Assembly (NCBI GenBank): GCA_016185105.1
Contig: JACPOE010000012.1
Location: 8,471-72,470 of the forward strand
Direction of reading: 5' to 3'
Origin: Bdellovibrio sp.
GTDB lineage: Bacteria; Bdellovibrionota; UBA1018
DNA: 64,000 bases
Part shown: positions 56,940 to 64,000 of the stretch, one piece after another
How positions within the stretch are numbered: the first letter of the stretch is position 1
Layout of the letters: each line of letters opens with the position of its first letter
The notes under the pieces: generated by a model
What the model was told of the DNA's origin: nothing
What the model saw: only the letters and a program-made list of their open reading frames with translations
Database searches by the model: none
Program-made: the position numbers and the translations under genes

Positions 56940-59729
56940 TCAGGCTGCCGAGGAGGGGCCTCCGCCAAGGCCACCTGTTCCTGTGCCGCCCATTCCGCCT
57001 CCGGTTCCTGAAGCCCTCTTGGCCGCCTGCTGCTGAGCAAGATAAGTTAAGTGTTTGTTTTCCAGCTGTAATCGTTTTAACTCGTCACGAAGCCGAATCT
57101 GATCCTGATGTGCAGTAACCAACTGGGACTTGAGAGCCATCTTTTCCTGTTTTTCGGTGTTGAGCATTTTCATAGCTATTTCAATCCGTTTCCTAGCCTC
57201 TTCAACCCCTAGACTTGCTCTCCTCGGTTCGTTCAATTTTTCCATCAGCTGTCGATTGGCTTTTCTAAATTCTTCATTTTGTTTAAAAAGGCGCTCATAT
57301 TTTCCCTGCAATACCGTCATTTGCGAGGCTACGCCTGGCGTTGCCTTGCTAGAAGCCGCTGCTGTGTTTAACTGGGCCTTTAGCTCATCGACTCTTTGTG
57401 CAAATTTAGTATTTTCTTCTTTCGCGAGATCCAACATTTTCTGAGCCATATCGTACTTCTGTTTGTAATGAATATCCTCCTCTGAGTTTTGAGCGATCAT
57501 TTTCAGCTTTTCATTGGACTCGGTCACTTTCGTCAACTGATCTTTGGTCCGCGCCAAAGCTGCAGTTTTTTGCGCTAGGACTGCCTCTTTCTTTCGGACC
57601 TCTTCCTGAAGGACGCTCAACTTGTCTTTAAATTCCATTTCTTTAAGTCTAACGGAACCATGAATCTTTTTACCCAGATCTGCAAGGCGAGCCCTCTCTG
57701 TCATCAGGCTTCCCATCAGATTTTCTACCCATTTGGTAGCTTTTTGATTCTTAATCTCTCGTTTAATATTCACGGACTCCCACTGGGCCACTCGGAGCAC
57801 ATGATCTAAACCACCTCCATGTAACTCGTTCACCAAGCTTTTTGCATCCTGTTCAAGTCCGGTAGCGTTTGGATCTTTAGAGGCTTCTGCTCCCTCCGCT
57901 GCTTGAGGAGGAGGCACCTCTGGTGGAGGCCCCAAAGGTAACTCTTCTTCTTGTCCCGAAGCATCAGAGGGTTCAAGTGCGGGTGTCTCTGAGGCTTTTT
58001 CAACCCCTTTTTTAGTTGGCGGTTTTTTTGAAACCGGAGGAGCCGTGGGCAAGGAAGGTTCGGAGTCTTCCTCCTCATCTTCTTTCGTCCTAAAATAGCC
58101 GATCAAGTTTCGAATAGCCCGACCGGCGTTACCCAGCAAAGCTCGTCTCAGACGACGGGGTTTTTGTGGCAGTGGAGGTTCTGGCTCAGCAGAAAGGTCT
58201 TCGGGCTCCGGGGCCTCTTCTTGAGAGACTTCATCACGGAACTGTTCTTCCGCCTCGTCTGCGTCTCTCTTAACGCGCCAGAGTGGACGCTTTTTGCGTT
58301 TAGCCCCTTTTATGATCACATACTCTGGCGGCTCCTCGACTTCGTCTGCAGAAACACTTGCCTCATCATTGATCTCATCTACCTTGCCCCGAACTCGAGT
58401 TCGCTTCTCTTTCTCTCCCGGCCTTCCTTTAACAAGAGTCCGTCCGCCCTCGTCATCTTCCCCCCAGCCTTTGACAATGACTTCTTCATCTTCCTCATCC
58501 GGAGAGCTCCTGACGCGAGTCTGTCCTTCATCTGGTCCCAGCGCACCTTTGACTCGAGTTCGTGTAGCCTCGGGCCCTTGGCCCTTTAGGCGGGTTTCGT
58601 CTTGCATTTCAGCCGGGCTCGCACCTAAACGAGCGACATCTTGATCAGCATCTCCAGTCCCTTTGACCTGAGTAGCCCCATCGTTCTCAGAACGACCCCC
58701 TTCGACCAGCGCTGCGTCTTGACCCTCAGAACGGGCTCCCTTGACTTGCTTGGCGCGATCTTTTTCAGCGGCAGATCCCCTTACCTTGCTAGTCAGGTCT
58801 TTTTGACTCCTGCCTCCCTTGACCCTTGAATCGAGCTGCGATTCAACGTCGTCCCCTTCGACCTGCTGGTCTGGATCAATTTCCTCGGAGGAAACATCTA
58901 GCTGTGTTTCGTCCTCATCCTCGGCTTCTTTCTTGCGACCCAAGCCGAAGATCTTACCTAAACGACTGCCGATACCACTTGGGGGTTTCGTCTTTACAAC
59001 AGGTTCAGCTTTCCTCTTTTTCCCTTCAGGCGCAACAATTTCCCCTGAGTGACTCTCTTCTTCTTCCTCACCTGGAATATCTTCTTTTAAAAGTGTGGGA
59101 TAATCTAGATCACCCAAATCAGAATAAAGTTTTGGCCTGGGCGCATCTTTTGCAGTTTTCTGATCCAATATCAAAACTTCGAGTGGAGGGTGATCGGCCT
59201 CTATCGAAGCTGAGGTTCCCGCTCCATCATGGGCCAGCAGGGCAACCACTTCGACCTTTCTACTACCTGGGTCATGTTTAATAAAAATTAGATCTGAATT
59301 CTTCTTTAGATCAAATAGAAGAGTTTCTAGTCTTCCGTTTGGCGTCCCATCTGCAATTCGAACCGGAAGACCCTCAGCATTGAAACTCTGCGCTGGATTT
59401 AGGGTAAACCCGATACCTACGACAACTTTTTCCTCATCGACACCGACCTCTAGAGAGAGAGGAAAAGCTAGAGGCATCGACGTCTTCACTTTTCCTTTGC
59501 CCGAACCCATCCCTTGAAAGGCTTCAAACACAGACATTAAAACAGAAAAACGAAGCTTAAACTCATCCACACCACTCTTCTCAAGTCTCGCACAAAGAAG
59601 ATCGCTGACTCGTCCCAAGTGCTTCGTACTAAATAGAGATGTATAAAATACCTCGCCCTCAGGCGAGAGTTGCCCGGAGATCCCAAAGCTATCGAGCGCT
59701 CTGAGTTTCACCTTGGCGCGATCAAGCAT
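56940..59729 (-). CDS. Large hypothetical protein: globular N-domain, acidic repeat region, C-terminal coiled coil
   Basis: Long ORF overlapping the upstream gene; heptad-rich C-terminal third; Gly-rich tail. Confidence 0.85.
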   Translation of the reverse strand: MLDRAKVKLRALDSFGISGQLSPEGEVFYTSLFSTKHLGRVSDLLCARLEKSGVDEFKLRFSVLMSVFEAFQGMGSGKGKVKTSMPLAFPLSLEVGVDEEKVVVGIGFTLNPAQSFNAEGLPVRIADGTPNGRLETLLFDLKKNSDLIFIKHDPGSRKVEVVALLAHDGAGTSASIEADHPPLEVLILDQKTAKDAPRPKLYSDLGDLDYPTLLKEDIPGEEEEESHSGEIVAPEGKKRKAEPVVKTKPPSGIGSRLGKIFGLGRKKEAEDEDETQLDVSSEEIDPDQQVEGDDVESQLDSRVKGGRSQKDLTSKVRGSAAEKDRAKQVKGARSEGQDAALVEGGRSENDGATQVKGTGDADQDVARLGASPAEMQDETRLKGQGPEATRTRVKGALGPDEGQTRVRSSPDEEDEEVIVKGWGEDDEGGRTLVKGRPGEKEKRTRVRGKVDEINDEASVSADEVEEPPEYVIIKGAKRKKRPLWRVKRDADEAEEQFRDEVSQEEAPEPEDLSAEPEPPLPQKPRRLRRALLGNAGRAIRNLIGYFRTKEDEEEDSEPSLPTAPPVSKKPPTKKGVEKASETPALEPSDASGQEEELPLGPPPEVPPPQAAEGAEASKDPNATGLEQDAKSLVNELHGGGLDHVLRVAQWESVNIKREIKNQKATKWVENLMGSLMTERARLADLGKKIHGSVRLKEMEFKDKLSVLQEEVRKKEAVLAQKTAALARTKDQLTKVTESNEKLKMIAQNSEEDIHYKQKYDMAQKMLDLAKEENTKFAQRVDELKAQLNTAAASSKATPGVASQMTVLQGKYERLFKQNEEFRKANRQLMEKLNEPRRASLGVEEARKRIEIAMKMLNTEKQEKMALKSQLVTAHQDQIRLRDELKRLQLENKHLTYLAQQQAAKRASGTGGGMGGTGTGGLGGGPSSAA
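58362..58829 (-). repeat. Twelve degenerate 13-aa repeats (x-x-V-K-G core) in the 929-aa protein
   Basis: SRVKGG, SKVRGS, KQVKGA, ALVEGG, TQVKGT, ARLGAS, TRLKGQ, TRVKGA, TRVRSS, VIVKGW, TLVKGR, TRVRGK at 12-14 aa spacing. Confidence 0.75.
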
Positions 59730-60588
59730 CTATGAAACCTCCTTCCCCATAAACGGTCGGAGGCTCTGCACCCTTTGCTGCTAGGTCGTTTGAAATTCTA
59801 GCAAGGCGATCAGCGAGTCTGATCGAGATCGAATCATTTCTACCTTCAAAATCCTGATTGGTAATTTTCTGTGGACTTGATTTCAAAAGATCCATGACCA
59901 AGCCAATAAGATTTTCCTCATAAGGCCGAGCCCAAGAGGCGGCTGGTGTACCTAGGCTCACTCGTTCAAAAGCCCTCAATCTTAAGTAGTTCAGATATCG
60001 ATAGTCACAATGCGCTAGATGGAGCGCAAGGAACACGACCCAACTCGAAACTAAGAGTGCATGGTCGTACGCCAGAGTGTCGCCATCTCTAGCTTGCAGC
60101 AGCTTAGCATCTGGGATCAAACTACAAACTTCATTCGCAAAAACCGAGATCATGTAAGTTTCAATTCCAATAGTGTCTTCTGAATACCTCCACCAAAGAG
60201 GGCCAACAACTTGAAGAATCTCATTGGAGAGTTCATATGGAGACGGTGGCAGGGCCACCACTGGGTAGGTTGTCTTCGCGCTCGCGGCAACCGGCTTTTT
60301 TGGTCTCACTTTCAAAAGTCCTCTGACTCTTAAAGCCGCTTCTCTAAAAGGCATCACCGATTGAGTGGCTTGAGGAAGATAGAAAAACTGATGATGGCCT
60401 TTTAATTTTTTCAATTCTTCCAATGTGAAAAAATCAAAAGGAGCTTTTAGCGAAATAAATTTTTCGTTTGCACCAAGCCAAAGATAAACGGGCGCGATCA
60501 TCAAGGCGAACGGTTTTACCGAATCGACTCGAATTCGAAATAACTGATCCATGCTTTCCTTGGTCGGTTTTCTCCGAGTAAAGTCCAT
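59722..60588 (-). CDS. Hypothetical protein resembling a degenerate HD-GYP protein
   Basis: APVYLWL..NEKF and YDHALLVS echo FDVYLKI and YYHSIAVA of the HD-GYP at 14259; no HD or GYP. Confidence 0.65.
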   Translation of the reverse strand: MDFTRRKPTKESMDQLFRIRVDSVKPFALMIAPVYLWLGANEKFISLKAPFDFFTLEELKKLKGHHQFFYLPQATQSVMPFREAALRVRGLLKVRPKKPVAASAKTTYPVVALPPSPYELSNEILQVVGPLWWRYSEDTIGIETYMISVFANEVCSLIPDAKLLQARDGDTLAYDHALLVSSWVVFLALHLAHCDYRYLNYLRLRAFERVSLGTPAASWARPYEENLIGLVMDLLKSSPQKITNQDFEGRNDSISIRLADRLARISNDLAAKGAEPPTVYGEGGFIDA

Positions 60589-60674
60589 AGTTCTATGCAA
60601 TCTTTTCGGAATTTCTCAAGGATTACCGCAGTTTTTTCGCAGTCAAAGAACTGACTCCGCTGACAAGGGCAGGA

Positions 60675-61673
60675 CTAACTTGCGTAATGACACGAGGCCA
60701 AATGGGCCTGAGAACTCTTTCCCATCTCTCTTAAATCCGGCGCAGTATGTCTGCAATTTTCCTGAGCAATTGGACAGCGCGGGTGAAAGTGACAACCGCT
60801 TGGCGGTGTTAGCGCCGAAGGGACGTCGCCTTTTAGAACCACCCGTTCTTTTTTATATGTTGGATCTGGAATAGGAATAGATGACAAAAGCGCTTTAGTA
60901 TAGGGATGTTTAGGCTCTTGGTAAAGCTGCTCAGCAGTTCCTGTCTCGACAATTTTTCCCAAATACATCACAGCCACACGATTAGAAATATGTTCAACAA
61001 CTTTTAAATCATGTGCAACAAAAAGGTAGGTCAAGCCAAGCTCTTTTTGGAGATCCTGCATCAGGTTTATAATTTGAGCTTGAATAGATACATCCAAAGC
61101 TGAAACAGGTTCATCACAAACAATAAACTGAGGCTCTACGGCTAGTGCGCGCGCAATACAAATTCGTTGCCGCTGCCCACCTGAAAACTCATGAGGATAC
61201 CGCACCAAAGACTCCCGACGCAGACCACACATATCCAAGAGTTTGGAAATCCGTAGAGACCTATCGGCGCTCGTCTTACCCATCTTATGAATCAAAAGCG
61301 GCTCTTCAAGAATGTCTTCGATCTTCATCCTTGGGTTGAGCGAAGCATACGGATCCTGAAAAATAATCTGCATATTCCTTCGCAATTTGCGAATTTCTTG
61401 CGGTCCTAGTTTTGTAATGTCTTGACCTCGAAAGAAAACCTGACCCTGAGTGGGTTCGATCAACCGCAGAATACACCGACCCAGTGTAGACTTACCACAA
61501 CCGGACTCTCCTACGAGTCCCAAGGTTTCGCCCGGAAAGATTTCTAGACTGACATCTGAGACAGCCTTCACACTGGCAATCTCTCGAGACAGAATGCCCC
61601 CCTTGACCGGAAAGCGTTTCACTAGATTCTGTACCGAAACAAGAGGCGGGTAGGAACTGATAGGGTCGGCCAT
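60675..61673 (-). CDS. Oligo/dipeptide ABC ATPase (OppF/DppF-like)
   Basis: [49 protein letters not shown]. Confidence 0.95.
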   Translation of the reverse strand: MADPISSYPPLVSVQNLVKRFPVKGGILSREIASVKAVSDVSLEIFPGETLGLVGESGCGKSTLGRCILRLIEPTQGQVFFRGQDITKLGPQEIRKLRRNMQIIFQDPYASLNPRMKIEDILEEPLLIHKMGKTSADRSLRISKLLDMCGLRRESLVRYPHEFSGGQRQRICIARALAVEPQFIVCDEPVSALDVSIQAQIINLMQDLQKELGLTYLFVAHDLKVVEHISNRVAVMYLGKIVETGTAEQLYQEPKHPYTKALLSSIPIPDPTYKKERVVLKGDVPSALTPPSGCHFHPRCPIAQENCRHTAPDLREMGKSSQAHLASCHYAS

Positions 61674-62684
61674 TTAAATATCCCTCACACACCGAACAGC
61701 GTGCGGCAAGTCCCATTCGGCATCATTTTTAAGTTTGGAAACTAACCGAAGATCAGGCTCCTTGCCTTTGCACTCGTCCACCACAAAAGAGCACCTCTCT
61801 TGAAATCGACATCCTTTAGGCAGATCTAGGAGGTTGGGTACGATTCCTGGAATGGTTTCCAAACGTTTCTTTTTTATCTTTCCGGTGGGGTCTTTACTCA
61901 GCGTGGGAATACTGTTCAACAGCCCACGAGTATAAGGCATTTTTGGATTTGAAAAAATCTCCCTGACCTCGCCTTGCTCTACAACTCGTCCTGCATACAT
62001 CACTAGTACTTCATGAGCAACCTCAGCAACGACCCCTAGGTCATGGGTAATCAGAATCAAGGCCATCCCCACTTTTTGTTGCAACTCCAAAAGCAGATCT
62101 AGAATTTGCGCCTGGATAGTTACATCCAAAGCCGTGGTTGGCTCATCGGCGATCAAGACCGACGGGTTACAGGAAAGCGCCATTGCGATCATCACTCTCT
62201 GTCTCATTCCACCCGAAAGCTGATGGGGATATTCATCAATCCTTTTCTCCGGAGCAGATATTCCAACCAACTTCAGCATTTCAATCGCCTTATTGCGAGC
62301 CTCTTTGCGAGAGAGCTTTTGATGCAGGATAACGGCTTCGGCGATCTGGTTTCCGACTGTAAAAACAGGATTCAAAGAGGTCATGGGTTCCTGAAAAATC
62401 ATCGAGATTTCGTTGCCCCGAATTTTCCTCATCTCCTCGGAAGAGAGATCTACTAGATTCCTCCCGCCGTATAAGATCTGTCCGCCTACAATTTTTCCTG
62501 GAGGGCTTGGAATTAGCCTCATTATCGAAAGACTTGTCACACTCTTTCCGCATCCAGACTCACCAACGATTCCTAGAGTCTTTCCCTTATAGATCGAAAA
62601 ACTTACGTCATCGACAGCCTTAATCTCACCGGCGTCGGTGAAAAACGAAGTCGATAAATTTTTTACGTCCAAAACTTTTTCCAT
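61674..62684 (-). CDS. Oligo/dipeptide ABC ATPase (OppD/DppD-like)
   Basis: [43 protein letters not shown]. Confidence 0.95.
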   Translation of the reverse strand: MEKVLDVKNLSTSFFTDAGEIKAVDDVSFSIYKGKTLGIVGESGCGKSVTSLSIMRLIPSPPGKIVGGQILYGGRNLVDLSSEEMRKIRGNEISMIFQEPMTSLNPVFTVGNQIAEAVILHQKLSRKEARNKAIEMLKLVGISAPEKRIDEYPHQLSGGMRQRVMIAMALSCNPSVLIADEPTTALDVTIQAQILDLLLELQQKVGMALILITHDLGVVAEVAHEVLVMYAGRVVEQGEVREIFSNPKMPYTRGLLNSIPTLSKDPTGKIKKKRLETIPGIVPNLLDLPKGCRFQERCSFVVDECKGKEPDLRLVSKLKNDAEWDLPHAVRCVRDI

Positions 62685-62696
62685 AGTGACCTAGTC

Positions 62697-63620
62697 CTAT
62701 TTAATCTTTGGGTCCAAGGCATCTCTCAGAGAATCACCTAAAATATTAAATGCAAGAACTACAAAAAACATGGCCACAGTCGCTCCGGCCAACTGCCACC
62801 AAACTCCTCTAGACAACTCCAGTTTGGCATCATCGATCATAACCCCCCAGCTGGGCTGCCCTTGAACCCCCAATCCCAGAAAGGAAAGAATGACCTCTGC
62901 CTTAATCGCAGTCATAAACTGGATGGACAAGTTAATAATAATAAAATGGGAGACGTTCGGCAAAATATGCCGAAAAATTCGAGAGCGATGACTTGCGCCG
63001 ATACTTTCTGCAGCAACGACATAGTCCCGACTTTTGTGCTTAATAAACTCGCCTCTCATAATTCGTGCGAGACTTACCCACGAAGTAGCCCCTAGGGCCA
63101 CATAGATCGCAGGCAACCCCTTACCTAATAGAAAGGCGATTGCAATCAAGAGCATTATATTTGGAATAGACGAGACTGTTGTATAGACCCAAACAACCAA
63201 GTCGTCTACCCACCCTCCAAAATAACCTCCAATTGCCCCGAGGCAGACACCAATCGGAATGCTAATAAGAGAAGAGACTAGACCGACACTCATCGCAATC
63301 CGAGTCCCTTGTAAGACCTTGAAAAAAACGCTTCGCCCAAAAATGTCCGTTCCTAAAATCGTCTTGTAAGACGCGAAAGAGGGTGGCTGATAGGCTCCTG
63401 AAACAACTTCGTCCCATGGAGTTGCCAACCACCCCATCTGGACCATCAAAGCCACTGCTGCGTACAACGCCACAATCCCGATACATAAAAGGGCTATTTT
63501 ATCTCTCTGAAGCCTGATCCATGCATCGCGCAGAAGACCTTTTCCAACAACGTGAGAGGAAACGAACGCTCCGAACCCCGCTACACCATTTCTATTTTGA
63601 TCGGATGTTTTAGTAGTCAT
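62697..63620 (-). CDS. Oligo/dipeptide ABC permease (OppC/DppC-like)
   Basis: LGTDIFGRS, ARIMRG, AAESIGA, HILPN, LSFLGLG, GDSLRDALDP. Confidence 0.95.
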   Translation of the reverse strand: MTTKTSDQNRNGVAGFGAFVSSHVVGKGLLRDAWIRLQRDKIALLCIGIVALYAAVALMVQMGWLATPWDEVVSGAYQPPSFASYKTILGTDIFGRSVFFKVLQGTRIAMSVGLVSSLISIPIGVCLGAIGGYFGGWVDDLVVWVYTTVSSIPNIMLLIAIAFLLGKGLPAIYVALGATSWVSLARIMRGEFIKHKSRDYVVAAESIGASHRSRIFRHILPNVSHFIIINLSIQFMTAIKAEVILSFLGLGVQGQPSWGVMIDDAKLELSRGVWWQLAGATVAMFFVVLAFNILGDSLRDALDPKIK

Positions 63621-64000
63621 TCGAACGTCACCCGTGGATCGACCAAAGTGTATAAAATATCCGTTAGCAAATTCCCAAAAATAAAAAGCATCGCGTCCAA
63701 GGTGGTCATTGCCTTGATCACAGGAAAATCACTGTTATGAACGGCATCGATGGTCATACTTCCCAAACCAGGAATCCCAAAGAAGCTCTCTAAAAGAAAG
63801 GCCCCTAAGATCAGCAGCGGAATTTCAATTACGATATTAGTTAGAATCGGGATCATACTGTTCTTTAAGACATGTTTAAAATAAACTCGCCCCTCGGAAA
63901 GACCCTTTGCACGTGCAGTCCTGACATAATCTTGATTCGTTTCATCTAGGATCGCTGTTCTGTAAAAGCGCACATCATAGCCAAGACTCACAGCTACAAA
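63617..64000 (-). CDS. Oligo/dipeptide ABC permease (OppB/DppB-like), 5' end outside window
   Basis: DYVRTARAKGL, HVLKNS, ESFFGIPGLG, DILYTLVDPRV. Confidence 0.93.
   Translation of the reverse strand, partial: FVAVSLGYDVRFYRTAILDETNQDYVRTARAKGLSEGRVYFKHVLKNSMIPILTNIVIEIPLLILGAFLLESFFGIPGLGSMTIDAVHNSDFPVIKAMTTLDAMLFIFGNLLTDILYTLVDPRVTFE

Noticed and set aside
1..64000. Prophage, IS, integron or anti-phage defence system; the many short overlapping ORFs in the track
   Set aside because: No integrase, transposase, phage structural or recognisable defence motifs; the short ORFs lie antisense or out of frame within well-supported genes

Overview
A gene-dense bacterial chromosomal window. Gene content (TIGR04552-like and TIGR02757-like proteins, Flp pilins, many secreted hypotheticals, sigma54/sigma28-type promoters) suggests a Bdellovibrionota/Oligoflexia-like organism; this is inference, not a database result. 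Housekeeping genes include lon (partial), rpoZ, smpB, rsmA, tsaD, pal, aroA, ssb, alaS, recA, recG, greA and carB, plus an Opp/Dpp ABC transporter and a surface-glycan cluster. I found no rRNA, tRNA, CRISPR array or transposase. Main points of interest: (1) an operon joining a RelA/SpoT-like nucleotidyltransferase to a degenerate flavoprotein and a multi-Fe-S fusion (21741-26254); (2) a secreted Gln/Gly repeat protein with a structured leader, divergent from a probably leaderless XRE regulator (27337-29060); (3) a degenerate HD-GYP-like protein coupled to a 929-aa protein with a pseudo-HATPase head, twelve 13-aa repeats and a coiled coil (56940-60588); (4) a 21-aa hydrophobic peptide gene with its own promoter, operator-like palindrome and terminator between alaS and recA; (5) sigma54-type promoters on both recA and a tail-less ssb; (6) two apparent deletion or misassembly junctions that remove the 5' ends of pal and carB. 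All family calls come from reading motifs by eye.
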